Part shown: piece by piece, positions 1-9,738 of the stretch | How positions within the stretch are numbered: position 1 is the first letter of the stretch | Layout of the letters: each line of letters starts with the position of its first letter | NCBI GenBank assembly: GCA_025055235.1 | Contig: JANWYN010000068.1 | Location: forward strand, 43,630-107,629 | Source of the DNA: Candidatus Roseilinea sp. | Lineage (GTDB): Bacteria; Chloroflexota; Anaerolineae; J036; Brachytrichaceae | Reading direction: 5' to 3' | DNA: 64,000 bases | Translations under genes and position numbers: made by a program | Notes under the pieces: generated by a model | What the model was told of the DNA's origin: nothing | What the model saw: only the letters and a program-made list of their open reading frames with translations | Databases searched by the model: none

Positions 1-148
1 CTACCCGCCGCAGGCGTGCAGCCGGCGGCTATCGCACAGATTGCCCATCGCCTGCCTCCTTCAGCGCAGACCATTCCATGGCCGCGCTGCATGTCAACTC
101 GCCGGCTTCGTGGATGTGACGCCTTACGCGCGCCCTGCCAGCCTCCTC

Positions 149-1639
149 TCACCGCAGATCCTCTTCGACGCACTTCGCCGCCGCGATGCCTGACAGCGTG
201 ACCAGCGGCACGCCGCCGCCCGGATGCGCGCTGCCGCTGGCGAAGTAGAGCCGGCCGATTTCGCCATCTCGGTTGCCCGGCCGCATGAACGCTGCCATGC
301 GCGTGTTCGACGAGAAGCCGTAGATCGCGCCGCGGTGGCCGCCATAGGTCGCCTGCAAGTCCCACGGCGTCAGCCGGCGCTCCACCTGCACCAGCGACGT
401 CGCGTTCTCCAGCGGGCACACGCGTCCGATATTCGCCACCAGCAACCCCTTGATGTGCTGCGCGTAACGCTCGGCTTCTATCTGCCAGTCGTAGGCCTCG
501 CTTAGGTAAGGCGCGTTGATGAGCACGAACCAATTCTCGCAGCCCGGCGGCGCGTGATCGGGGTCGGTTTTGCTGGTAATGCACACATAGAGCGTGGGAT
601 CACGCGGCGCGATGCGACGGACGAAGATATCGTCGAACTCGCGCTGATAGTCCTGCGTGAAGAAGATGTTGTGATGCGCTAGCGGGTCATGCACGCCGCG
701 CACGCCCAGAAGAAGCACGAACCCGCTGCACGACGGCTCGAGCTTACCATTACCTGCGCGCGGACGGGTGCCATCTACAATCAACGTCTCGCGCGCCCAG
801 GTGTAATCCACGTTGCACACTACGGCATCGGCGTGGATGACCTCGCCGCTGGTCAGACGGACGCCACATGCCCTGCCGGACGCGATGCAGATCTCCTGCG
901 CCGGGCTGTTGTAGCGTATCTCCACTCCCAGCTCGGTCGCCAACCGCTCCCACGCCCGCGCGAGCTGAAAGATGCCGCCGCGTGGATACCATGCCCCCTG
1001 CGCCATTTCGACGTAAGCGATCACGTTCAGCGTGGCCGGCGCGCGGTAGGGCGATGAGCCGTTGTAGGTAGCGAAGCGGTCGAAGAGTTGCACGAGGTGC
1101 GGGTCTTTGAAGTGCGCGCTGATGGCCTGGTGCATCGTGCGCAACGCGTCAATCTTGAACACGTCGGCCAGCGGGAGCGAGGCCAGGTCGCGCAGGGTGG
1201 GTTTTTGCCGGTAGAGGAAGGGGCCGCTGACCACGTCGTAGAGGCGCTTGGCGTAGCGCATGAAGCGGCGATAACCGTCCACGTCACGCGGGCCGAAGGC
1301 GCGCCGGATGTTCTCGCACATGGTCGCCTCATCGGCCACGGCGTCAATCGTCGCGCCGTCGCGCCAAAAGTAGCGCGTGATTGGCTGCAGCGGGACGAGG
1401 TCGAGGTAGTCATCCAGGTCGCGACCGGCTTCGGCGAACAGCCCTTCGTACACGTGCCGCATGGTGATGACCGAGGGGCCGGTGTCCCAGCGGAATCCAT
1501 CGGCGCGCACCTCACCCATCTTGCCGCCGGGGCGATCGAGCTTTTCGACGACCGTGACCCGGTAGCCGCGCGATGCCAGCCGGATGGCTGCGCTCAGCCC
1601 GCCGATGCCGGCGCCGACGACGATGACGCGCGCGCTCAT
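149..1639 (-). CDS. FAD-dependent oxidoreductase of the phytoene desaturase family (CrtI/CrtD-like). The start is trimmed to the ATG giving MSARVIVVGAGIGGLS.
   Basis: N-terminal Rossmann GxGxxG motif (VVGAGIGGLSAA). Whole length resembles carotenoid desaturases. The ORF-track upstream extension is Arg/His-rich junk. The ATG overlaps the smc stop (ATGA). Confidence 0.8.
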   Translation of the reverse strand: MSARVIVVGAGIGGLSAAIRLASRGYRVTVVEKLDRPGGKMGEVRADGFRWDTGPSVITMRHVYEGLFAEAGRDLDDYLDLVPLQPITRYFWRDGATIDAVADEATMCENIRRAFGPRDVDGYRRFMRYAKRLYDVVSGPFLYRQKPTLRDLASLPLADVFKIDALRTMHQAISAHFKDPHLVQLFDRFATYNGSSPYRAPATLNVIAYVEMAQGAWYPRGGIFQLARAWERLATELGVEIRYNSPAQEICIASGRACGVRLTSGEVIHADAVVCNVDYTWARETLIVDGTRPRAGNGKLEPSCSGFVLLLGVRGVHDPLAHHNIFFTQDYQREFDDIFVRRIAPRDPTLYVCITSKTDPDHAPPGCENWFVLINAPYLSEAYDWQIEAERYAQHIKGLLVANIGRVCPLENATSLVQVERRLTPWDLQATYGGHRGAIYGFSSNTRMAAFMRPGNRDGEIGRLYFASGSAHPGGGVPLVTLSGIAAAKCVEEDLR

Positions 1640-4600
1640 CTGCGGTGGCCGTCGGCGAGCTTCACTTCGTCCAGCCGCAGGCTCAGCGCAGTGCTCGCGC
1701 CGTCCGCGCCCATGCTGATGCCGTAGATCGTCGTCGCTGCCTCCACCGTGCGCCGGTTGTGGGTGATGATGATGAACTGTGTGCTGTCGCTCAAGCTCTC
1801 CAGCATCGCGCGGAAGCGCCCGACGTTCGACTCGTCCAGCGCCGCATCCACCTCGTCCAGCACGCAGAACGGCGTCGGCTTCACCTGCAGGATGGCGAAC
1901 AAGAGCGCCGTCGCTGTGAGCGAGCGCTCGCCGCCGGAGAGCAGCGCTAGCGACTGCGGGCGCTTGCCGGGCGGCTGGGCGTGAATCTCCACGCCGCACT
2001 CGTCAATGTTGTCCGGGTTGATGAGCGAAAGCCGCGCCTGGCCACCGCCGAACAACACCTTAAACGTGCTCTGAAAGGCGGCGGCGATGGCGTCAAACGT
2101 TTGGCGGAAGGTGTCCTTCATCACGTCGTTCAGCTCGGCGATCACCTGGCGCAGCGCCGCCGAAGCCTTCTCCAAGTCGTCGCATTGCTCGGTGATGAAG
2201 CGGTGTCGCTCGCTCAGTGCCTCGAACTCGGCTTGCGCCTCGTAGTTGATCGCGCCCAGGCGTTTGATCTGCCCGCGCAACTGGGCGATGCGCTCTTCGA
2301 CGCCGGCGGGCAGCGCTTCGACGAGGGGCAGTGCCTCCAGGAGTGGAGATCGGAGATTGGGGATTAGAGATTGGTCTTCAGACGCCGCACTCGCATTCGC
2401 GGAGCCGTCACCGGCTTTCTCGATTCTCAATTCGTCATTCTCAATTTCAACCAGGGCGCGCTGGCGCAAGTTCTCCAGCTCATCGTTGTGCCGCGCCAGC
2501 TCCAACGTGATGGCGTTCAGGTGAGATTCGCGCTCGCGTAGCACTCGCTCGGCTTCGCGCCGGCGCTCGTCCAGCTCGCCGAGCTGCGCCTCGACGGCAG
2601 CAATCTCGTTTTGCAGCGGCGCGATCTCCGCGTCGGCTTCGCGCCAGGCAGCCTCCGCCTGAGCGGCAGCGTCCGCCATCTGTTGCAGCGTCGCCTGAGC
2701 TGCCTGCAGTTGCGCCGTCCATTCGGCCAGGCGCTGTGCGCGCAGTTCGCGCTGCGCCAACGCGTTGGCGTGCGCTGCGGCGCGCTCACGGCTGAGCGCC
2801 TCGGCATTCTGCATCGCGCCCAGCGCAGCCGAGAGCATCGCCTGCGCGGCGGTGAGCGGCTCCAGCCAACCGCTCTGGAGCTGCTCGCTCAAGCGGGCGT
2901 CGAGTTCGCGCAGCGCCTGCTGCGCTTGCGCGTGTGCTTCCTCGCGCTGGGCCAACGCGTCGCCGGCTTCCGCGAGTTGCCGGCCGAGCGACTCGATCTC
3001 TTCGGTCAGGCGCTCCATATCGCCGGCCAGCGCAGCCAGAGATTCTTCGAGCAGGTTGATCTTGCGCTGCGCAGCCTCGACGCGGTTGCGCCGGTTAGCG
3101 CTTTCGCGGTTGAAGATGTCGCGCGCTTGGGTCGCCTGTTCTAGCACATGTCGCGCGACCTCGAACTCGCGCTGCGCCGCATCGCGGTGCTGCCGGGCGC
3201 GTTCGAGGTTGGCCAGCACGGTTTCGTAATCCGGCGCTTCCACAAGATCGGTCTCTGCGCCCAGGATGATGGGGGAGCGCGCGCCTGCCGGCAGTGACAA
3301 CGCGCCGGTAGCGTGCGCCACTTCGCCGTCGCGCGTCACGCACAAGCAGCCATCGGGCAACTGTGCCGCCAACGCGCGCGCGGCGTCCAGGTCGCGCGCG
3401 ATGAACTTGCGCCCGGCGATGATGAGCATGGCCGGCTTCAGCCATTCAGGCGCGCTAATTGCGTCGAGCAGTGGGCGGGCGTGGTGCGCCCAGGCGTGCT
3501 CGTTTAGGATGCGGTCATTCGCCTCGCGCTCGTCGTCGAAGGCGCGCAGGGCATGCGTCATCACCACGGCGATTCGTCCGGATGCCTGCTCGGTGAGCCA
3601 GGCGCGCAGGCGCGTGAGGCCGGCCTCGCTTGCCTCCGGCGCGCTGGGGGCGATGACGACGGCGTTGAGCAACTCGCCCAGCGCCGCTTCGACGGCCTTC
3701 TGGTCGTCGGGGGCGATCTGGATGAAGGACGACAGCACGCCGCGCACGCTGGGCAGCTCAGCCCGCGCTGCTGCGGCCGCGAGCTCGTCCGCGCTGCGGG
3801 CGGCCAGCGCGCGCATGTCGGCGAAGAGCGTCATGCGCGAAGTCAAACGCTCCTCTGCCTCCGCCGCAGCCAAAGCAGATTGCGCCTGCTCCAACGATGC
3901 GCGCGCCGATTCGAGCGTTTGCACCGCCGACTCATACTGCGCTTCGAACAGGTTTATCTGCGACGCCTCGCGTTCCATCGCTGCGTTCATCTCGTTCAGC
4001 GTCGCCAGCTCAGCCTCACGCTGCGCGCCGAGGTCGGCTGCTCGCCTGGACATAGCATCGAGCTGCTGCCGTAACGCGTCTTGACGAGCGCGCAGGCCGG
4101 CGATGTGGTTGCGCGCTGCCAGCACGGCGTCGCCGGCCTCGGCCAGGCGCTGCTGAGCTTCGGCGCGCTGTTGCTCCAGCGTTGTGCGCTCGTTGCGTCG
4201 CTCGGACGCGGCCAGCTCCGCCGATTCGACTTCGCGCTGGCGCTCGAGATAGGCGGCCTGCGCCAGCGCAAAAGCAACCTGAGCTTCGTTGGCACGCGCG
4301 GCGAGCGCCTCGATCGCCGCAGCGGATTCGTCCAGCTCGCGTTGCGCATCTGCCACTTGTCGTTCCATCGCCGCGACCCGCTCACGCATGACGGCCAGAT
4401 CGCGCGATGCGGCTTCAGCGGCCTGGCGCGCGGCGTCGCGGCGAGGTTGTGCCTCGGCCAGGCGCGCCTGCAGCGACCGGCGCGCTTCGCGCAGCGCCCC
4501 GCCGCGTTCGTCCAGCGCATTGACTGTTTCCAGCGCCTCGGCGACGGCTTGCTGGGCGTCGCGTTGCGCAGCGGCAGCCGCTTCGATGGCGGATTGGACG

Positions 4601-5307
4601 CGCCGGTAGTGGTAGCCCAGCCACACGCGCGTGAGCTGGTTCAGCTCGTCGGCCAACAGACGATACTGGCGCGCGCGCTCGGCCTGTCGTTCGAGCTGCT
4701 TCAGGCGCGGCGTGATTTCGTTGAGGATGTCGCGGGCGCGTTCCAGATTGTGGTTGGTCTCTTCCAACTTGCGCAGGGCGTCTTCGCGCCGATCGCGATA
4801 GCCGGCGATGCCGGCGGCTTCTTCGAACAACGCGCGGCGCTCCTCCGGCTTTTGCGCCAGCGCCTCGTCCACCAAGCCCTGGCCGATCACCGTGTAGGTG
4901 CGTTCAGCCAGGCCGCTATGAGCAAGCAGGTCGGTCACATCGCGCAGGCGCACGCGGTTGCCGTTCAGCACGTATTCGTTGGCGCCGTCGCGGTAGGCGC
5001 GCCGGCCGATCTCGATCTCGCTGAACTCGATGGGGAAGAAGCCGTCGCTGTTGTCGAAGGTGAGGATGACTTCGGCCATGCTGGCGCGCGGCCGGCGAGC
5101 GCTGCCGGAGAAGATCATGTCGTCGGTCTTCTTGCCGCGCAGCAAGGAGAACTGCTGCTCGCCGAGCGCCCAGCGGATGCCGTCGGCGATGTTGCTCTTG
5201 CCGCTGCCGTTGGGCCCGATGATGCAGGTGATGCCTTCGCCGAACTCGAAGCGCGTCTTGCTGGCGAAGGTTTTGTAGCCGTTGAGCGTGAGTGTCTTCA
5301 GGCGCAT
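1636..5307 (-). CDS. smc: Chromosome segregation protein SMC.
   Basis: Walker A GPNGSGKSN, long coiled coils, signature LSGGERSLTA and Walker B VLDEVDAALD at the C-terminus. The probable start is MRLKTLTLNGYKTF (M8 of the track ORF). Confidence 0.9.
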   Translation of the reverse strand: MRLKTLTLNGYKTFASKTRFEFGEGITCIIGPNGSGKSNIADGIRWALGEQQFSLLRGKKTDDMIFSGSARRPRASMAEVILTFDNSDGFFPIEFSEIEIGRRAYRDGANEYVLNGNRVRLRDVTDLLAHSGLAERTYTVIGQGLVDEALAQKPEERRALFEEAAGIAGYRDRREDALRKLEETNHNLERARDILNEITPRLKQLERQAERARQYRLLADELNQLTRVWLGYHYRRVQSAIEAAAAAQRDAQQAVAEALETVNALDERGGALREARRSLQARLAEAQPRRDAARQAAEAASRDLAVMRERVAAMERQVADAQRELDESAAAIEALAARANEAQVAFALAQAAYLERQREVESAELAASERRNERTTLEQQRAEAQQRLAEAGDAVLAARNHIAGLRARQDALRQQLDAMSRRAADLGAQREAELATLNEMNAAMEREASQINLFEAQYESAVQTLESARASLEQAQSALAAAEAEERLTSRMTLFADMRALAARSADELAAAAARAELPSVRGVLSSFIQIAPDDQKAVEAALGELLNAVVIAPSAPEASEAGLTRLRAWLTEQASGRIAVVMTHALRAFDDEREANDRILNEHAWAHHARPLLDAISAPEWLKPAMLIIAGRKFIARDLDAARALAAQLPDGCLCVTRDGEVAHATGALSLPAGARSPIILGAETDLVEAPDYETVLANLERARQHRDAAQREFEVARHVLEQATQARDIFNRESANRRNRVEAAQRKINLLEESLAALAGDMERLTEEIESLGRQLAEAGDALAQREEAHAQAQQALRELDARLSEQLQSGWLEPLTAAQAMLSAALGAMQNAEALSRERAAAHANALAQRELRAQRLAEWTAQLQAAQATLQQMADAAAQAEAAWREADAEIAPLQNEIAAVEAQLGELDERRREAERVLRERESHLNAITLELARHNDELENLRQRALVEIENDELRIEKAGDGSANASAASEDQSLIPNLRSPLLEALPLVEALPAGVEERIAQLRGQIKRLGAINYEAQAEFEALSERHRFITEQCDDLEKASAALRQVIAELNDVMKDTFRQTFDAIAAAFQSTFKVLFGGGQARLSLINPDNIDECGVEIHAQPPGKRPQSLALLSGGERSLTATALLFAILQVKPTPFCVLDEVDAALDESNVGRFRAMLESLSDSTQFIIITHNRRTVEAATTIYGISMGADGASTALSLRLDEVKLADGHRR
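2341..2378. repeat. Heptamer tandem repeat (GGAGATT-like, about 5 units) inside the smc coding region.
   Basis: Reads ggagatc ggagatt ggggatt agagatt. It encodes a low-complexity insert (…SEDQSLIPNLRSPLLEALPLVEALPAG…) in the SMC coiled coil. Confidence 0.6.
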
Positions 5308-5392
5308 CGCGGGGTTGATTCTAACCACACCTGGTCGAGCTGGTCTTGAAACTTTCGAGAGGGCAAGGAGTCAAGAATTTAGGAAGTCTGCA

Positions 5393-5430
5393 ATCTTGAC
5401 AGAACCAGGGGAGATAGCGATACTATATCG
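5393..5430 (+). promoter_or_regulatory. Putative sigma70-type promoter (TTGACA … TACTAT) upstream of the NYN-domain gene.
   Basis: TTGACA at 5393 with a TA-rich -10-like hexamer 17-19 nt downstream. A perfect 9-bp hairpin (gaagccgcc-gcaa-ggcggcttc, 5468-5489) lies in the 5' UTR. Confidence 0.3.
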
Positions 5431-5503
5431 CAGATCCCCCGGTAGTAGCTTTCGCGAACCCGGTGCGAAGCCGCCGCAAGGCGGCTTCTGTGCTATTTAT
5501 GCC

Positions 5504-6124
5504 ATGCTCGCCAGTGTTTACATTGACGGCTTCAATCTTTACTACGGCGCAGTCAGAGGCACGCCCTTCAAGTGGTTAAACGTTGCGCGCATGTGTCAGT
5601 TGTTACTGCCTGATGACCAGATTGTGAACATCAAGTATTTCACAGCGATGGTCAATCCACGTCCGCGAGACCCCGATCAACGTGTGCGGCAGGAGACCTA
5701 TCTGCGAGCGTTGCGGACTATTCCAAATCTAGAGATCATCCTGGGCACTTTCCTTACCCATGAAGTCACAATGCCCCTTGCAGACAATAGCGGTCGGTAT
5801 GCTCGAGTGGTCAAGACCGAAGAAAAGGGTTCTGATGTGAACATAGCCACGCATCTGCTCATGGATGGTTTCAAAAACCGCTATGAGTTAGCAGTAATCG
5901 TATCCAACGACTCCGATTTGCTTGTACCGATTCAAACCGTTATTCACGAGCTGAAGAAGCCGGTGGGCATACTCGTTCCCGCTCAACAGGGTCATCCAAG
6001 CGTCATGCTAGCGCGTCATGCAACGTTCGTGAAGCATATTCGCCAGGGTGTTCTAGCTAATAGCCAGTTTCCTCCTGTAATGACTGATGCACTTGGGACA
6101 TTTGTAAAACCAGCAAGCTGGTAA
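5504..6124 (+). CDS. NYN-domain (LabA-like, PIN-related) protein.
   Basis: MLASVYIDGFNLYYG … EKGSDVNIATHLLMDG … AVIVSNDSDL is a typical NYN/LabA signature. GC is visibly lower than the flanks. Confidence 0.7.
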   Translation: MLASVYIDGFNLYYGAVRGTPFKWLNVARMCQLLLPDDQIVNIKYFTAMVNPRPRDPDQRVRQETYLRALRTIPNLEIILGTFLTHEVTMPLADNSGRYARVVKTEEKGSDVNIATHLLMDGFKNRYELAVIVSNDSDLLVPIQTVIHELKKPVGILVPAQQGHPSVMLARHATFVKHIRQGVLANSQFPPVMTDALGTFVKPASW

Positions 6125-6134
6125 CGGTGTGGTG

Positions 6135-6932
6135 TCACTGCGTCGCTGCCATTTCGTGCGCCCGAATCACCTGCAGCCACATCTCGGCGTGCATCTCCAA
6201 GCCGAGGTCCGAGAAGTGACAGCCGTCGTAGCGATACTCCGGCCCAAGCCGGTCGGTGTCCGGGCCGAGGAAGATGCCCAGTCGCGAATCGGCCAGGCCG
6301 ATCTGCGCTGCGCGAATGGTCTCGTTGGGCGGATACTGGCCGCAGCGCGTCGCGATGGCGACAAACGCCGGCGCATCCACGCCCAGCGCGCGAATTGCCT
6401 CCAGCATGGCCAGGAAGCGCTGCCGGTAGTCCTCCGCGGACGTGCCCAGCACGGCGTCGCTTTCGCCCTGGTGCCACAGCAAGTGGGTGAAGGTGAGCCG
6501 GGCCCGACGGGCTTCGCGCACGTTGCGCAGCAGCTCTTTGTGCAGAGCGCCGCCCGGCGCCCACTGGGCAATCTCCGTCGCACCGATCGAAGCCGGCACG
6601 AACACTACGCGGTCGTAGAGCTTCGCGGCGATGATCTTGTCGCCCAGGCGCGTCCATACGCTGCCGCCGCTGCCGTTCGCGCCGGGCAAGGGGTCGCGGG
6701 CGCGCTCGTAGCGGCCGCGGAAGAAGTTGAACACCTGCGGGCCGGCGACGCGCCGGCTCTCGCCCCAATTGCCGGCGTTCGACTGGCCGAACACGAGCGC
6801 GACCATGACGCGCGGGCGCGCCGCTGGAGGGGTCGGCGTGAGTGATTGGGCATGCGCTGAGGGATGAACCGTCGCGGCGATCAGCGTCGCCAGCGCTGCT
6901 GCTAATCGCAAGAGGAACTGCCGTCGGCTCAT
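6135..6932 (-). CDS. SGNH-type carbohydrate esterase (DUF303 / sialate O-acetylesterase-like) with a Tat signal peptide.
   Basis: Signal MSRRQFLLRLAAALATLIAATVHPSAHA carries a twin-arginine motif. LVFGQSNAGNWG is the GQSN block of the SGNH/DUF303 family. Confidence 0.7.
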   Translation of the reverse strand: MSRRQFLLRLAAALATLIAATVHPSAHAQSLTPTPPAARPRVMVALVFGQSNAGNWGESRRVAGPQVFNFFRGRYERARDPLPGANGSGGSVWTRLGDKIIAAKLYDRVVFVPASIGATEIAQWAPGGALHKELLRNVREARRARLTFTHLLWHQGESDAVLGTSAEDYRQRFLAMLEAIRALGVDAPAFVAIATRCGQYPPNETIRAAQIGLADSRLGIFLGPDTDRLGPEYRYDGCHFSDLGLEMHAEMWLQVIRAHEMAATQ

Positions 6933-7180
6933 CGGGGGATGACGTTGGTGAGGATGATGACAAGCGCCAGACCGGCCAGCGCCGCTGCAGCTACGACGAG
7001 CGCGCGCGATAACCAAACGGCCTGCCCATGGTGCCGGTGCATCGCCGCGCCGCGCTGCAATTCGGCCGTGTTCGCCGAAGGCACACCGGCTACGTTGCTG
7101 AGCCACCACGCCCGTGCGCAATAGGCATACTGGCCGATTTCGCTGGCCCGGATCACGCGTTGCTGGTGGAGGTCGGACAT
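6929..7180 (-). CDS. Hypothetical small tail-anchored membrane protein (83 aa).
   Basis: ATG start, C-terminal hydrophobic helix (LVVAAAALAGLALVIILT). Its stop overlaps the downstream esterase ATG (ATGA). There is no clear RBS. Confidence 0.3.
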   Translation of the reverse strand: MSDLHQQRVIRASEIGQYAYCARAWWLSNVAGVPSANTAELQRGAAMHRHHGQAVWLSRALVVAAAALAGLALVIILTNVIPR

Positions 7181-7200
7181 GAGAAGGCGGAAGGCAGAGA

Positions 7201-7291
7201 TCAGAGGTCAGAAGTCAGAATTCAGAATCCAGAGTCCAGAACTCAAAACTCACGGCTCACGGCTCACGGCTCACAGCTCACAGCTCACCCC
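7201..7291. repeat. Heptanucleotide tandem-repeat tract, about 13 units (TCAGARN x7 grading into TCACRGC x6).
   Basis: Reads tcagagg tcagaag tcagaat tcagaat ccagagt ccagaac tcaaaac tcacggc x3 tcacagc x2 tcacccc. It abuts the stop codon of the 7285 regulator. Confidence 0.85.
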
Positions 7292-8616
7292 ACCAGCTTA
7301 TAGCCGCGACCGCGCAGCGTGATCAGGTAGCGCGGCTCTTCGGCGTTCGGTTCGAGCTTGCTGCGCAGCCGGCTGACCAGCTTCTCGATTCGCGCGTCGT
7401 CCACCGCATCGAGATAGGTTTCGCCCCACACGTTCGTGACGATAGTGTATTTGTCTACGATCTTGTTCAGCCGGCCGTAGAGCAGCAACAACAGCTTGTA
7501 CTCCAGCTCAGTCAGCGGCTCGATCTTGCGGCCGTCAACGTACACCTCGCCGGCGTCCACGTCTACCGTCACGCCGCGTTGCAGATCCTCGCGCGCCAGG
7601 CCCTGCCGGTGGACGAACGCGCGCCAGATTTCGCCGACGAGTGGCTCATCTTCCCGGTTGTCCCTGCCAAGCAAGCATTTAGCACGCAGCGCATCAAGCG
7701 CCTCCGGCTCGGCGGGCATGCCGTGCACGTGGCCGATCAGCGCGGTTTGCTCGGCCTCGCTCAGTTGCGACCATAGCTTGGCGCATTCGGCGCGGATCGG
7801 AGGCTGGTCATCCAACGCTTGACGCACGAGCGCGAGCGCGCTCTCCCGCGCGCTGTCCGGCACGCCGCCTGCGATGCGACGCCACACCTCGGTCGTCGTC
7901 TCCAGCAGGCCGGCATGCCCGCCGGCCTGTTGCACGATGAAGGCGATGTCGGCTTCGGCGGCCGGTGCGCCGGCAACGAACTCGCGTGCGAGGGCAGTGG
8001 CGTCGCTGTGGCTCAAAAAGCCGATCCAGCGTTCGCGTGTGTCGAACAACTCGATGAACTCGCTCGCATCGGCACTCTGGCTGATTTGCGCCAGCGGTCG
8101 CTCGGTTGCCGTCACATAGACCAGCGCGTTCTTGAAGCGATCCTTCATGGCGCGCAGGTTGAGGAAGACGCGACCGGTCAGCTTCTCGAACGGATCGTCG
8201 AACTCGTCGAAAAGGATAACCAGAGCGCGGCCGGATTCTTCGCACACCAGCCGCAGGGCATTGTCGAACGCCAGCGGGCTGCGGATTGGCGCGGCCGGCT
8301 GCACGACCTGGTGGTATGACTCATCGAGTTGCTCGGCCAGCGCATCTTGCACGCCCGAGCGCCGCAGCGCAGCGATGATGCTGCGCAGCGTGATCTCGTG
8401 CAGCGCCTGCTCGCTGAGCTCGGGCATCAGGTTGCAGTCCACGTAGGCGAACAGCCACGCGTCGCCCTCATCGCCGAACAATTCCGTCTGGACGGCCGGC
8501 GTGCAGACCTCGCGCAGCAGCGCCGATTTGCCCGTATTGCTCAGGCCAACGATGGAAGTGCAGTTGCCCTGCCGGACGGCGTTCAGGATGAAACGGGCGT
8601 CGTGTTCACGGATCAT
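7285..8616 (-). CDS. Transcriptional regulator: N-terminal AAA/P-loop ATPase domain fused to a C-terminal OmpR/PhoB-type winged helix.
   Basis: Walker A GLSNTGKS, Walker-B-like VILFDEFDD, and a C-terminal trans_reg_C signature (…YLITLRGRGYKLV). Start trimmed to MIREH. Confidence 0.7.
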   Translation of the reverse strand: MIREHDARFILNAVRQGNCTSIVGLSNTGKSALLREVCTPAVQTELFGDEGDAWLFAYVDCNLMPELSEQALHEITLRSIIAALRRSGVQDALAEQLDESYHQVVQPAAPIRSPLAFDNALRLVCEESGRALVILFDEFDDPFEKLTGRVFLNLRAMKDRFKNALVYVTATERPLAQISQSADASEFIELFDTRERWIGFLSHSDATALAREFVAGAPAAEADIAFIVQQAGGHAGLLETTTEVWRRIAGGVPDSARESALALVRQALDDQPPIRAECAKLWSQLSEAEQTALIGHVHGMPAEPEALDALRAKCLLGRDNREDEPLVGEIWRAFVHRQGLAREDLQRGVTVDVDAGEVYVDGRKIEPLTELEYKLLLLLYGRLNKIVDKYTIVTNVWGETYLDAVDDARIEKLVSRLRSKLEPNAEEPRYLITLRGRGYKLVG

Positions 8617-8694
8617 AGGGCAATCGAGTTGCTGCGATGTGTGCGCGGGTACATTCGCCAACAGGGGCAGACGCACTTTTGACCCTATACGCGA

Positions 8695-9738
8695 ATGCGC
8701 CCCATGCGCGTGTCCATAAGCGCTCAGTATAATCGCGCCGGCATGCCGGTCTGGCTTTCAGCCATCATCATTGCGATCCCCACTTATTGGTATGCGCGCC
8801 TGGTGCGCGGCATTGATCGCTTCGAGCGGGAGCCTGTTAAATACTTGATCGTCGCATTCTTGTGGGGCGCGATCCCGGCGGCGTTCATCGCGCTCGTCTT
8901 GCAACTCATCTTCTCGCTGCCTGTGACCGGCGTGTGGGGTGAAGAAGCGTCTCGGGCAATCACTGCGATTGTCTTCGCGCCGTTGACGGAGGAATTGGCC
9001 AAGGGCCTCGCCGTCGCCGCGGTTTACCTTTGGCGCCGGCGCGAATTCGACGGCTGGGTGGACGGCATCGTATATGGCTCAACGGTGGGCTTCGGCTTCG
9101 CCTACGTCGAGAACATCATCTATTTGGCCGACACGGGCTCGCTGGAGGAATGGATCCAACTGTTCATCGTGCGCGTGATCGTATTCGGCTTCATGCACGG
9201 CTTCTACACTTCGCTCATCGGCATCGGCTTCGGCTTTGCGCGCCACGCGCCATCGCGGTCGCGTGCGCTCTGGTTCATCGCGCTCGGTTGGGGCGCAGCG
9301 ATCGTCACGCATGCAATCCACAATGTATCCGTGACACTGGTTGAGGCGAGCGGCGGTTCGACGCTCTTGGTCGCTGCGCTCAACTATGGGCTTTTGATTG
9401 CGCTGATGCTTGGGCTGCGCCGGTTGAGCCTGCTCCGCGACCGCCAGATGTTCCGGACGTATCTCGCCGACGAGTCGCCGGAGGTCATCACCCCAGAAGC
9501 CTATGCCGCTCTTGTCGGTGTCCGGGCGCAGGCAGGATCGCGCGGCGCGGCGCAACTCAACGGATCGTTCTATCACCTGGCGGGTGAATTGGCGCAGCGC
9601 AAGCGACAGCTCATCGAGTATGGTGAAGGGTCAGGCGAAGAGATTGATCGCCTGCGCGATCAGCTCCGTTCGATCAGCTATCCGCAACCTCGAGCAACGT
9701 CCACACCACGCTCACTGAATGCTGCCGATCGCAACTAG
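8695..9738 (+). CDS. PrsW-family intramembrane metalloprotease.
   Basis: Multi-TM protein with PrsW signature blocks PLTEELAKG, FGFMHGFYT and HAIHN. Its 3' end overlaps the convergent rskA-like gene by 27 bp. Confidence 0.8.
   Translation: MRPMRVSISAQYNRAGMPVWLSAIIIAIPTYWYARLVRGIDRFEREPVKYLIVAFLWGAIPAAFIALVLQLIFSLPVTGVWGEEASRAITAIVFAPLTEELAKGLAVAAVYLWRRREFDGWVDGIVYGSTVGFGFAYVENIIYLADTGSLEEWIQLFIVRVIVFGFMHGFYTSLIGIGFGFARHAPSRSRALWFIALGWGAAIVTHAIHNVSVTLVEASGGSTLLVAALNYGLLIALMLGLRRLSLLRDRQMFRTYLADESPEVITPEAYAALVGVRAQAGSRGAAQLNGSFYHLAGELAQRKRQLIEYGEGSGEEIDRLRDQLRSISYPQPRATSTPRSLNAADRN

Noticed and set aside
4081-5349. 422-aa ORF on the + strand antisense to smc, plus many 100-270 aa ORFs inside 1636-5328.
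   Set aside because: High-GC antisense or alternative-frame ORFs with Arg/Ala-rich low-complexity translations. They are fully contained in the well-supported smc gene.
7201-7291. Possible CRISPR array suggested by the regular short repeats.
   Set aside because: The units are 7 bp, directly tandem with no spacers, and there are no cas genes. It is not CRISPR.
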